Source of the DNA: an uncultured Chloroflexia bacterium
Lineage (GTDB): Bacteria; Chloroflexota; Dehalococcoidia; SM23-28-2
DNA length: 64,000 nucleotides
Assembly (NCBI GenBank): GCA_963701285.1
Contig: OY969584.1
Location: 697,498 to 761,497 of the forward strand
Reading direction: 5' to 3'
The translations under genes and the position numbers were made by a program. Positions within the stretch are counted from its first letter, which is position 1; every line of letters begins with the position of its first letter. Positions 8,400 through 18,163 of the stretch are shown here, piece by piece. Below the pieces are notes generated by a model. That model saw nothing but the letters and a program-made list of their open reading frames with translations. It was not told where the DNA came from and did not search any database.

Positions 8400-9683
8400 T
8401 TGACGGCGGAGGATGCGGTGAGAAGGCTTGTCTTCCTGGCAGCGCTGGCGATCGTGGTCATTGGTGTCGCCTGCAACGGCACCGGCGAGCGCCCGCGCAC
8501 GGCCACGCCTGCGGCCACGGGTGTGATGACGCCGACCCCGGCCTTGGCCCAGGCGCCGCTTGGTCCGGCGCAGCCTGTCGCCCTGGAAGAAGGAGCAGGC
8601 ATCACCGAGGCAGGGTTCTACCTGGTCGAGGTTGGCACTGGCAGAGTGTGGCGGCTTGGCGACCAGGGCGGCGACTGGTCGCCTGACGGCAAGACGTTGC
8701 TCTCCTCGCCGTGCTGCGCAGGCAATGGCGGGCTGGATGTCATCGACGCTCCCGCCGGGCCAGCGGCGCGCATCTTCAACGGCGACGTCGCGACCGCCGC
8801 CTGGTCGCCGGACGGCGCCCGGATAGCCTTCTCGCGCATGGGGACCTACCCGCCGACGGGCCTGTACGTCGTCAACAGCGATGGCAGCGGCCTGAAACAG
8901 CTGGCCAGCAAGGGAGCCCGAGCTTTGCAGTGGTCGCCACGGGGAGACCGCATCGCCTTCCAAGGCGAAAGGGGGATCTATCTGCTAGAGGTGGAGACGG
9001 GCGAGGTAAGGGTAGTAGACGCGACAGAGGAGATCGACTATCCGTTGTTCGCCTGGTCGCCAGACGGGGCGGCCCTGGCCTTCGCGAACGACAGCGGCCT
9101 CTATATTTATGACCCCGACAGCGGCGATTCGAGGCAGGTCGCGGCCGGACCGTCTGGCGGCCCCATCCTCTGGTCGCCCGATGGCTCAAGGATCGCCTTC
9201 CCCTTTGGCCCGCGGGTGGCGCCGGCCTACGGACCCTTCGCCGGAGATCCCGAGTGGGCCGTGCAGATGCTTCATGTGATGGAGGCATCAGGCTCAGGAG
9301 AGCCCAAGGCCTTGCCGCCGGGGCGCTATCCGGCCTGGTCTCCCGACGGGACGAGGATAGTCTACGTGAGCGACGGGTGCATCGCGGGAGACTGGGACAT
9401 TTATGCCGTGAGCCCTGACGGCAGCTCGTCGGTGCGGCTCACCAGCACGCCCGAGGCCGTCAAAGAAGGCCCCTATTGGTCACCGACGGGCGCCGCCATC
9501 GCCTTCTCCACCTTCGGCGAGCTGGTCCTGCTGGACGTTGGGTCGGGGGAGATGCAGACGCTGGTGGCGTCCGGCTGGCCGGAGACTATGGGCCGCGATA
9601 TGCATCTCCACGGCTCTGTCTGGTCGCCCGACGGCCGCTACATCGAGTTCAGCGTGGGCACCAGCCACGGTATCTGCGACTAG
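8400..9683 (+). CDS. TolB-like (PD40/WD40-like) beta-propeller lipoprotein, paralogue 1
   Basis: TTG start (RBS GAGGGG) and signal peptide LVFLAALAIVVIGVAC, then repeated WSPDG blades. The 734-aa track ORF 7479..9683 is a GC-frame 5' extension. Confidence 0.65.
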   Translation: MTAEDAVRRLVFLAALAIVVIGVACNGTGERPRTATPAATGVMTPTPALAQAPLGPAQPVALEEGAGITEAGFYLVEVGTGRVWRLGDQGGDWSPDGKTLLSSPCCAGNGGLDVIDAPAGPAARIFNGDVATAAWSPDGARIAFSRMGTYPPTGLYVVNSDGSGLKQLASKGARALQWSPRGDRIAFQGERGIYLLEVETGEVRVVDATEEIDYPLFAWSPDGAALAFANDSGLYIYDPDSGDSRQVAAGPSGGPILWSPDGSRIAFPFGPRVAPAYGPFAGDPEWAVQMLHVMEASGSGEPKALPPGRYPAWSPDGTRIVYVSDGCIAGDWDIYAVSPDGSSSVRLTSTPEAVKEGPYWSPTGAAIAFSTFGELVLLDVGSGEMQTLVASGWPETMGRDMHLHGSVWSPDGRYIEFSVGTSHGICD

Positions 9684-9692
9684 GGCCTACCT

Positions 9693-11275
9693 GATGACGG
9701 CGGAGGATGCGGTGAGAAGGCTTGTCTTCCTGGCAGCGCTGGCGATCGTGACCCTTAGTGTCGGCTGCGACGGCGGCGGCGAGGGCCCGCGCACGGCCAC
9801 GCCTGCGCTTTCGCCAAGCACGACGCCCGGCGCGACCGCAACGGCCGCCGCGACGCCCGCGGCCCAGGCCGAGTATCCGGCCAAAGTCTCGCTGACAGAA
9901 CGCGGCGCCTATCTGATCCGCCTCGACGGCTCGGACCTACGCCAGGTCGGCTCAGGGGAGGGCGGCTTCCGGACTGTCTGGTCGCCGGATGGGTCTCACA
10001 TCGCCGTGGCTGGGGTCGTCGGCGGGGCGCCCGGCGTATCGGTGATCGATGTCGATGGCGCGGCGGAGGTGACGGTGTTCGATGGCAGCGGGCGAGGGGC
10101 CGACTTCTGGGTCGGGAAGCCGCTATGGTCGCCTGATGGCCGCCAGCTTGCGGTGCCCGCCGGGACGACAGACCAGCTGAGAGCGGATCGTTGGCACACG
10201 TATCTGGTCAACGCTGACGGCAGCGGCGAACCGGCCGACCTGTTCCTGGGGTCAGCGCTGGAGTGGTCGCCCGATGGGGCTGCCCTGGCGTTCGTCCAAT
10301 ACTCAGACGGGGGCGTCGCCCTGAACACGTTCGATTCTGGCTTCCAGGACGGCCACCGTCATCGAGAGGGGCGCGGGCTCGAACTCGTTCGCCTGGTCGC
10401 CGGACGGCGCCCGGATAGCCTTCTCGCGCATGGGGATGCAGGCGCCGACGGGCGTGTACGTTGTCAACCGCGATGGCAGTGGCCTGAAACAGCTGGCCAG
10501 CAAGGGAGCCCTGGCCTTGCAGTGGTCGCCCACGGGCGACCGCATCGCCTTCCAAGGCGAACGGGGGCTCTATCTGCTGGAGGTCGAGACGGGCGAGGTC
10601 AGTGTGGTGGACGCGACCGCAGGGCCCGAGTATCCGTTGTTCGCCTGGTCGCCTGACGGTGCAGCCCTGGCCTTCGCGAGCGACAGCGGCCTCTATATCT
10701 ATGACCCCGACGCCGGCGATTCCAGGCAGGTGGCGGCCGGAACGTCTGGCAGCCCCATCCTCTGGTCGCCCGATGGCTCAAGGATCGCCTTCCCCTTTGG
10801 CCCGCGGGTGGCGCCTGCCCACGGACCGTATGCCGGAGATCCCGAGTGGGCCGTGCAGATGCTTCACGTGGTGGAGGCATCGGGCTTAGGAGAGCCCAAG
10901 AGCCTGCCACAGGGGCGCTATCCGGCCTGGTCCCCCGACGGCACAAAGATAGCCTACGTGAGCGACGGGTGCTTCGCGGGCGACTGGGACATCTACACGG
11001 TGGGCCCCGGCGGCGGCTCACCGGTGCGGATCACCGAAACGCCCGAGACCGTCAAGGAGGGCCCCTTCTGGTCCCCGACCGGTGGCACCATCGCATTTTC
11101 CACCTTCGGTGAGCTGGTGCTGCTGGACGTTGGGTCGGGGGAGATGCAGACGCTGGTGGCGTCCGGCTGGCCAGAGACCACGGGCCGCGACATCCATCTC
11201 CACGGCTCTGTCTGGTCGCCCGACGGTCGCTACATCGAGTTCAGCGTGGGCACCGGCCACGGTATCTGCGACTAG
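9693..11275 (+). CDS. TolB-like beta-propeller lipoprotein, paralogue 2 (mosaic tandem duplicate), interrupted by a 1-nt frameshift near 10350
   Basis: ATG start. The first 57 coding nt are identical to paralogue 1. The N-terminal two-thirds are in track ORF 9538..10656 and the C-terminal part in ORF 10430..11275 (+1 frame). The C-terminal 280 aa are about 90% identical to paralogue 1. Confidence 0.6.
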
Positions 11276-11278
11276 GGT

Positions 11279-14200
11279 CTACTCGGTGAGGCGGCGGTAG
11301 AGGGTGGTGATGCGGGAGGGGAGGGACTCGATGTCGGCGACGACGGCGTAGCCCAGGTCGTCGCACATCTGCTTCAGGTAGTCGTGGCCGTAGCGGTCCA
11401 CCGTCAGGCAGAAGGGCACGATGCCCTTGCGCTTCGCCTCCACCAGCGCCATGTGCGTGTCGTGGATGGCGTACTCCTTCTCCGTCCGGTCGCGGCCGTA
11501 GCCGTGGTCCTGAGGGCGGCCATCGGAGACCAGGAAGAGGATGCGCACCTTGGCGTCGTGGGCGTCCAACTTGCCGGTGGCGTGGCGGATGGCGGGGCCC
11601 ATGCGGGTGGAGCGAACCGGGGCGATCTTGTCGATGCGCCGCTTGATCCGTTCGGAGAAGGGCTCGTCCAGGTCCTTGATCACATAGAACTCCACGTTCT
11701 CGCGCCCGTATCCCGAGAAGCCGTAGATGCCGTACGTGTCGCCGATGGTCTCCAGAGCCTTGATCAGGAGGACGGTGCTCTCTTTCTCGAGATCGATGAT
11801 GCGCTTGGGCGGCGCTAGGAGGTCCTGGGCCCGCCGCGACATCCACCAGGAGAAGTAGCGGCGGGGGTCATCGTTGAAGTCGTCCTGGCCGTAGCGGCGC
11901 TCGTGCTTCATGATCTCCTCGTCGGTGGAGGCGCTCATGTCCAGGAGGAAGGCCACCGCCACGTCGCGCTCCACCTTGTTGCGCCGCCAGTAGACCTTGC
12001 CGGGAGGCGCCTGACCGGCGTGGCGCTCCACCAGGAAGTCCACGACCCGATCCAGGTCGAACTCCTCGCCGTCCAGGAGGCCCTTAATCTTGCGGAAGAG
12101 CTCCGGCCGCAGCAGCTCGAACTGGCGACGGGTGGCGGCGACCAGCGAGGAGTGAAGCTGGAGCGTCTGCTCGAAGAACTGGGCCGCCCCTTCGGTTAGG
12201 GAGTACTCGGCCACCCGGCACCAGCGGGGCTTGTAGTCGCTGGCGCGGAAGTCCCACTCATCGTAGTAGGAGTAGCGGGGTTCGATGGGCAGCTCACCCT
12301 CGTCGCCCTCGCCGCCGACGTTGAGCAGGGCCTGGCCCTCCTTGTAGGGGAGGCGCTTTTCGGGCTGCTGGGGTGTGGTCTCCCGCATCAGGTTGTTGAG
12401 GAAGAGGGCGGAGCTGGCGGCAAGGTCGGCGTCGGCCATCTCGGTGAGAGTAATCTCGACGCTCTTCTCCAGCAGCTGCTGTAGTTGCTCCGGCGTCAGG
12501 GCCTGGGGCGCCGGCTGGCCTTGGGCCTCCTTCTCCTGGCGCAGGCGCATGAGGAGCTGGACCAGCTCGGGCTTGAACTCGCCGCGGAACTCCACCGGCT
12601 GGGGGCTCTCGTAGGGATGCTCCTGGGCGTCGATGAAGCGCGAAAAGAGATCCTGAGGCAGGCCGTCCAGGTCTGGCGGCAGCTGCATCTGGTCTTCCTG
12701 AGTCTCCCAGTCCTCGAACAGGTCGCTGTCGATGTTGGGGATGCGCTGGGCCAGCTCGTAAAGGAGGAGGGCGGCCTCGGCGGAGTCCTCGACGGTGGCC
12801 TGCGGCCGGCGGAGGGCGGTCAGCACCGTCAGCGCGTGGCGGAGGATGCCGATCATGGTAGCGGGCCAGCGCATGTGCTCCATGCCGTCCAGGCTGGCCA
12901 GGACCAGGTTCTCCAGGAAGGCCTGGCGCAGGGGCAGATCCTCCGGCTTGGGCCGCTTTGCCAGCTCGGCGTCCTGGACGCGACGGTAGGTGAGTCGAAT
13001 GCCGCCGTACTCGAAGGTCACCAGGCAGTCGACGCGGGCATCCTCGGCGACGGCAAAGAGGTCGGCCACGAGGCGGCGGTCATCGAACAGGTCGAAGAAG
13101 CGCTCGATGTCGGTCAGGGGCTTCTTGGGCCCGCCGCGCTCGGTCTCCAGGGCTTCACGGTTGGTGGGGAAGATGTGGCCCTGGCCCTGGAAGAGGAAGC
13201 CGAAGCTGCCGAACTCGAGGTGGCCGGCCTGGTGGGTGGAATACACTTTGTAGACGCCGAAGTTGTCCCCCTTGTCGACGTGCTCCTCGACTGAGGCCGG
13301 CAGGTAGATGGCGGTGCCCTCGGTGGAGGGGCGCTCGCTGGTCACCCAGCCGATGTTCTTCTCGGCCAGGGCATCGGCGGAGTGGATGGCAACGTTGGTG
13401 CCGGTGAGGGCTTTGCAGTACATGCGCAGCACCTCGGAGACGCGGTTCAGCTCCACCCGCGCCGAAAGGGACTCAAGTATCTCGTCCCCTTTGGCGGACT
13501 CCAGGCGGAAGAAAGCCTCGCCACCCTCTTGGCTGGCCTGCAGGAGGGTGAGGCCGAAGGCGTGCCAGATAGGTAGCTCGTCGGCGCTAATGCGCGACAG
13601 GACCTGGGGGCTGCTCTTCAGAAACTCCATGGCCGCCACGGCCGAATGAGAGGCCAGCTCCTCGGCCAGCGAGAGGAGGTAGGCGTGGGTCTCGCCCTCC
13701 ACCTGGCTCAGGGCGCGCGCCCCCTCGGCAAAGAAGGTGAAGGCGTGGCGCCCCTCCTGGCGGGCCACCTCGCGGCTCAAGTCTAGGAAGCGGGGCCGCT
13801 GTGAGGCCTGGACCTGGATCAGCAGGGAGGGGCCCCGCTCCAGATAAGAGCGGGCGTCGGCCCAGCCGGTGTAGGCCAGCACCTCGGCGAAGCGCAGGAA
13901 GGCCTCCCGGTCCTCGCGGGGCAGCGGCGCGATGCCATGCGGCGCTACGGAGAGGCAGTGGGTGGCGAGGTCGTACGAGCGCTCGGCCAGGACGTCCACA
14001 AAGCGCACCAGGGCCTTGCTCTCCTCCAGGGAGAGCTGGCTCAAGAGGATGGGGCTCATGTCGAAGAACTGGACGGCGAGGGAGGCCGAGCGCCAGGTGC
14101 CCTTGTAGAGATGCTGTCCTAGGCCAACCCACTCGCTGATCTGGACGAAGGAGATGTGAGGCAGCGCCCCCGGGCTCGCCCGGAAGAAGGCCGCCGCCAG

Positions 14201-14501
14201 GGAGGACGATTGCTCTACCAGATCACGGCCGTAGCGGGTCCAGCGGCGGAGGTCGGCGAACTCCATGAGGGTGAGCACGACGGCACTGGCGCGGAAGTAT
14301 TCGCTGGCGGCCTCCCAGGAGCGCCAGGAGCCGCGGGCCAGGTCCAGGCCGTCCTCCGCCCAGAAGGGCGACCTCATCCGGCTCCAGCAGGTCGCAAGCG
14401 GTCTCGGCGGCGCGGCGAAACTCGACGGCCAGGGAGGCAGAGAATGGGGCCAGCTCTTTCTCGTATCGACCGATGAGACGGCGCAGGTTGGTGCTACTCA
14501 A
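11279..14501 (-). CDS. CbbO/NorD-like giant von Willebrand factor A (MIDAS) protein, partner of the CbbQ/NorQ ATPase; N-terminal roughly 40 aa appear to be in another frame
   Basis: 1032-aa ORF 11279..14377 with a C-terminal VWA domain ([16 protein letters not shown] = DxSxS MIDAS). Track ORF 14223..14501 ([46 protein letters not shown]) starts 8 nt inside the cbbQ stop and reads into the main frame near 14380. This suggests a split start. Confidence 0.7.
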
Positions 14502-15390
14502 AGATGGAAGACACCACCTCTTCTATGCTGCGCTGCACCTCGCGGTCGTCGGTGAGGGCCCAGACGATGGCCACCTGACAGGCGCGGCGGGCGGAGATGC
14601 CCCGCTGCATGAGCCGGCCGGCGTAGATAAGGAGCCGGGTGCTCACCCCCTCAGCCAGGCCGTGCTCCTTCAGGTGGCGGACCTTCTCGCCCAGCTTGGC
14701 CAGCTCCGCCGCCGTCGCCGCTGGCACGGCGGCCTCATGCTGGACGATGCGTGCCTCCAAGTCGCGGGGCGGATAGGTGAACTCGATGGCCATGAACCGC
14801 TGGCGGGTGCTGTGCTTCAGGTCCTTCAGGGCGCTCTGGTAGCCGGGGTTGTAGGAGATGACCAGCAGAAAGCCGTCGCGGGCCTCCACCACCTGCCCCA
14901 GCTTCTCGATCGGCAGGATGCGCCGGTGGTCGGTAAGGGGGTGGATGAGGACGGTGGTGTCCTTGCGCGCCTCCACGATCTCGTCCAGATAGCAGATGGC
15001 GCCGGCCTTGACGGCCCGCGTCAGGGGCCCGTCGATCCAGCGGGTGGACTCGCCTTCCAGGAGGTAGCGGCCCGTCAGGTCGCTGGCCGTCAGGTCTTCG
15101 TGGCAGGCCACCGTCACTAGCGGCAGACCGTGAGTGGCAAACTCCTCGCCGGCCTCGGTGACATCGCGGATGACGGCGAGGGGCCGGCCGAGGCGATGGG
15201 CCATGTGCTCGACGAAGCGGGTCTTGCCGCAGCCGGTGGGTCCCTTGAGGAGCACGGGTATCTTCTGGAAGAAGGCAGCAGTGAACAGCTCCACCTCGTC
15301 GCTGACCGGGAGGTAGAACGGCTCCTCGGCGAGGACGTACTCCTCGATGGCGTATTGCCTGTACTCTGCGTGCCCGGCTGAATCCGGCAT
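14494..15390 (-). CDS. CbbQ/NorQ/NirQ-family MoxR-like AAA+ ATPase
   Basis: 298 aa. Walker [19 protein letters not shown], and ...[18 protein letters not shown]...[37 protein letters not shown]...[21 protein letters not shown], collinear with CbbQ/NorQ. Confidence 0.9.
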   Translation of the reverse strand: MPDSAGHAEYRQYAIEEYVLAEEPFYLPVSDEVELFTAAFFQKIPVLLKGPTGCGKTRFVEHMAHRLGRPLAVIRDVTEAGEEFATHGLPLVTVACHEDLTASDLTGRYLLEGESTRWIDGPLTRAVKAGAICYLDEIVEARKDTTVLIHPLTDHRRILPIEKLGQVVEARDGFLLVISYNPGYQSALKDLKHSTRQRFMAIEFTYPPRDLEARIVQHEAAVPAATAAELAKLGEKVRHLKEHGLAEGVSTRLLIYAGRLMQRGISARRACQVAIVWALTDDREVQRSIEEVVSSIFE

Positions 15391-15402
15391 ACGACTCTGC
15401 CC

Positions 15403-16029
15403 CTACGTTGCTCTGGCGGCCAGACGCGCCATCAGGCCGTCCCACAGCTCGTCGACGCGGCGGGCCACCTCCTCTAGCGAGCAGTCGGTGTCGATGACCA
15501 CGTCGGCGTGCTCCAGCCGCTCCTCGTTGGAGAGCTGGGAGGCGATGCGCGCCTCCGCCTCTTGCTGGCTGAGGCCGCTGCGGGCGATCAGGCGCTGGGC
15601 GGCCACCGCCGGCGGGGCCAGCGTCAGCCACACCTCGTCGGCCAGGTCGGCCCAGCCCGCCTCGATGAGGATAGCCGCCTCCAGCACAGCCACGCCCACG
15701 GCCTGCTGCCGCAGCTCGTCCAGGCGCTGCGCCATCCGGGCGTGCATGGGCGGATGAGTGATGGCATTGAGGCGGCGGCGCGCCTCCGGGTCGGCGAAGA
15801 CGATGGCCCCCAGCTTCCGGCGGTCGATCTGGCCGTCGGCGGCCAAGACCTGGCGCCCGAAGGCGGCGACAACGTCGTCCCAGACGGCGGTGCCCGGCCG
15901 ATAGACCTCGTGGCCCACCTGGTCGGCGCAGACAACGGCCGCGCCCTTGGCGCGCAACATGTCGGAGACCGTGGACTTGCCGCTGCCGATGCCGCCGGTA
16001 AGCCCGATGACAAACATGGCTACGTCCAT
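15403..16029 (-). CDS. coaE: Dephospho-CoA kinase
   Basis: P-loop GLTGGIGSGKST close to the N-terminus. Start taken at the internal ATG (MDVAMFVIG...); the upstream 26 codons of the track ORF are probably not translated. Stop lies 12 nt before the cbbQ start. Confidence 0.8.
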   Translation of the reverse strand: MDVAMFVIGLTGGIGSGKSTVSDMLRAKGAAVVCADQVGHEVYRPGTAVWDDVVAAFGRQVLAADGQIDRRKLGAIVFADPEARRRLNAITHPPMHARMAQRLDELRQQAVGVAVLEAAILIEAGWADLADEVWLTLAPPAVAAQRLIARSGLSQQEAEARIASQLSNEERLEHADVVIDTDCSLEEVARRVDELWDGLMARLAARAT

Positions 16030-16082
16030 ATTACCGGAAATCGGCCTGAGAGCAAAACCGAAGCTCACAACGGATGCGAAAC

Positions 16083-16117
16083 GGATAAGCGGATGGAATT
16101 TCGCCATCCGCTTATCC
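16083..16117. terminator. Perfect 14-bp stem-loop GGATAAGCGGATGG-aatttcg-CCATCCGCTTATCC, between etfA 3' end and coaE start
   Basis: Perfect inverted repeat. The plus-strand 3' side is T-rich (CTATTTGTTGTG) while the minus-strand 3' side is only GTTT. Likely a terminator for etfBA or an operator. Confidence 0.4.
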
Positions 16118-16144
16118 GCTCCCTATTTGTTGTGAGAGTGGCGT

Positions 16145-17140
16145 CTACTGCGCCTTCAGCTCGCGCACCTTCTGCTTGAAGGCGGGCCACACTGCCTTCC
16201 AGTCGCCAACGATCCCGTAGCGCGAGAAGCGGAAGATGTTGGCCTCGGGGTCCTTGTTGATGGCGACGATGGTCTTGGCCCCGGACACGCCGGCCATGTG
16301 CTGGCTGGCGCCCGACAGGGCAACAGCGATGTAGAGGGTGGGGCTGACGATCTTGCCCGTCAGGCCGATCTGCTGGGGTACGGGGTACCAGCCCAGGTCG
16401 CAGGCGGCGCGGGTGGCGCCCACGGCGCCGCCCATCATGTTCGCCAGGTCCTCAAGCTCCTTGAACCCGTCGCCGCTGCCGATGCCGCGACCGCCACACA
16501 CCACCACCTCGGCGTCCTCCAGGCGCACGCCTACCGCCTCCTCCTTGCGCCGCTCGATGAGCTTAGCACGTACGGCGGCGGGGTCGGCGGCGGCGGCCAC
16601 CTTCACCACCTCGCCCTTGCGAGAGGGGTCGGGAGCCAGGGGCTCCTGCGACTTGCCGCGAACGGTAGCCACAGCGGGGGCGGCCTTGCAGGTGTAGTCG
16701 GCGTTGGCGTTGCCGCCGTAGCATGGGCGGGTCATCACCAGTTGCCCGCTCTTGATGGCCAGTTCGGTGCAGTCCATCACGGCCGCGGTTCCCAGGCGAT
16801 AGGCCAGGCGGGGGGCTAGGTCGCGCCCGATGGAAGTCTGCGGGAGCAGGACGACGGAGGGGTTAGCCTCCTGGCAAACCTTGACGGCTGCCGGCAGGTA
16901 GGCATCGCTCTGGTACTGCGCCAGAGACGGATCGTCAACCACATAGACCTTGTCGGCGCCGCCGGCGATGAGCTCCTGGGCAAGGGACTCGACGCCCTGG
17001 CCCAGGATGGCCGCCTGCACCGGCTGGCCCAGCTGCTGGCCCAACCGGCGAGCGGCTCCCAGAAGCTCGAGCGAGATGGCGGCTAGGCCGCCGCCTTCCG
17101 CTGCCTCTCCGAATACCAGCACTCCACTTTCGTTAGGCAT
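16145..17140 (-). CDS. etfA: Electron transfer flavoprotein alpha subunit
   Basis: Start at [15 protein letters not shown]-binding C-terminal motifs (...[18 protein letters not shown]...). The 5' part of the track ORF is a GC artefact. Confidence 0.85.
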   Translation of the reverse strand: MPNESGVLVFGEAAEGGGLAAISLELLGAARRLGQQLGQPVQAAILGQGVESLAQELIAGGADKVYVVDDPSLAQYQSDAYLPAAVKVCQEANPSVVLLPQTSIGRDLAPRLAYRLGTAAVMDCTELAIKSGQLVMTRPCYGGNANADYTCKAAPAVATVRGKSQEPLAPDPSRKGEVVKVAAAADPAAVRAKLIERRKEEAVGVRLEDAEVVVCGGRGIGSGDGFKELEDLANMMGGAVGATRAACDLGWYPVPQQIGLTGKIVSPTLYIAVALSGASQHMAGVSGAKTIVAINKDPEANIFRFSRYGIVGDWKAVWPAFKQKVRELKAQ

Positions 17141-17162
17141 GGCGTCTTCTCCTGTTTCCGGC

Positions 17163-17975
17163 CTAGATAAGCTTGGCTTCGCGCAGCTTCTGGGCCAGTT
17201 TCTGAGCCGATTCGTCTGGTGTCTCGCCCTCCACAAACTCGCACTGGCTCTCGCGCACCGGCACGTAGAGCCGCTCGACGTTGAGCAGCGAGCCGCCGGA
17301 GCCCACCTTCGAGGCGTCCAGGCCGAGGTCGGCGGCCGACCAGACGGACACTTCCTTGCGGGCGGCCGCCATGATCTGACGGAGCTGGGGGTAGCGCGGC
17401 TCGCCCAGCTCATTGCTGACGGTGACCAGGGCGGGCAGCGGCGCCTCCACCATCTCGATGCCGTCCAAGAGGATGCGCTCCACCTTCACCTTGCTGTCCT
17501 GCACCTGGACTCCCTTGGCCAGGGTGACGCAGGGCAGGTTCAGCATTTCGGCCAGGATGGAGCCCACCACGCCCATGTCCCAGTCCACGGCCTGGCGGCC
17601 GCAAAGGACGAGGTCGACGGGGGCGAGCTTCTGGATGGCGGCGGCCAGAGCGGTAGCCGTGGCGGCGTGGTCGCCTCCTGCGAAGGCGTTGTCCGTCAGG
17701 AGCACGCCTTCGTCGGCGCCCATGGCCAGACCGTGCTTGAGGACATCCCGCGATGCCTCGGGGCCCAGGGTGACGACCGTGACCTTGCCTTCGCCCAGGG
17801 CGTCGCGGATGCGCAGGGCCGCCTCCACCGCGATGGCGTCGAACTGGCTGACAACCGGGGCGATGCCCGGCACCGGCAGGACCTTCTTGGTGGCTTCGTC
17901 CACCTTGAACTGGGATGCTGGCGTCTCCGGGTCGGGCACCTGTTTGACGCAGCAGACCATATGGAGCATTGGCAC
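17163..17975 (-). CDS. etfB: Electron transfer flavoprotein beta subunit
   Basis: MVCCVKQVPD..., 270 aa; RBS AGGAGGAGG. Sits 22 nt upstream of etfA. Confidence 0.85.
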   Translation of the reverse strand: MPMLHMVCCVKQVPDPETPASQFKVDEATKKVLPVPGIAPVVSQFDAIAVEAALRIRDALGEGKVTVVTLGPEASRDVLKHGLAMGADEGVLLTDNAFAGGDHAATATALAAAIQKLAPVDLVLCGRQAVDWDMGVVGSILAEMLNLPCVTLAKGVQVQDSKVKVERILLDGIEMVEAPLPALVTVSNELGEPRYPQLRQIMAAARKEVSVWSAADLGLDASKVGSGGSLLNVERLYVPVRESQCEFVEGETPDESAQKLAQKLREAKLI

Positions 17976-18163
17976 ACCTCCTCCTGCTGCCCGGCCTCGG
18001 GCGGGGCAGCGTGTTACTTACGTTCCGGCGAAGGACAAGCCGGCCTGCCGAAGGAGCCTGCCCGGCGGCAGGTCCTATGGCGGGCCGGCGATCAGCTTCT
18101 CTGTTTCGACTCGGCCGTAGGGGCGCAAGGCATCGGTGTCAACGTTGGTCAGCCGCCTTCGTC

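Noticed and set aside
7479-9683. 734-aa ORF in the track spanning cinA antisense/downstream region into the TolB-like gene
   Set aside because: The first roughly 300 codons are Gly/Arg/Pro-rich read-through typical of a stop-poor high-GC frame. Real translation starts at TTG 8400, where there is an RBS plus a signal peptide.
14494-15390. Calling the AAA+ gene a RuBisCO activase (cbbQ) or NO-reductase activator (norQ) specifically
   Set aside because: No RuBisCO or norCB genes are in the window, so only the family-level call (CbbQ/NorQ-type MoxR ATPase) is supported.
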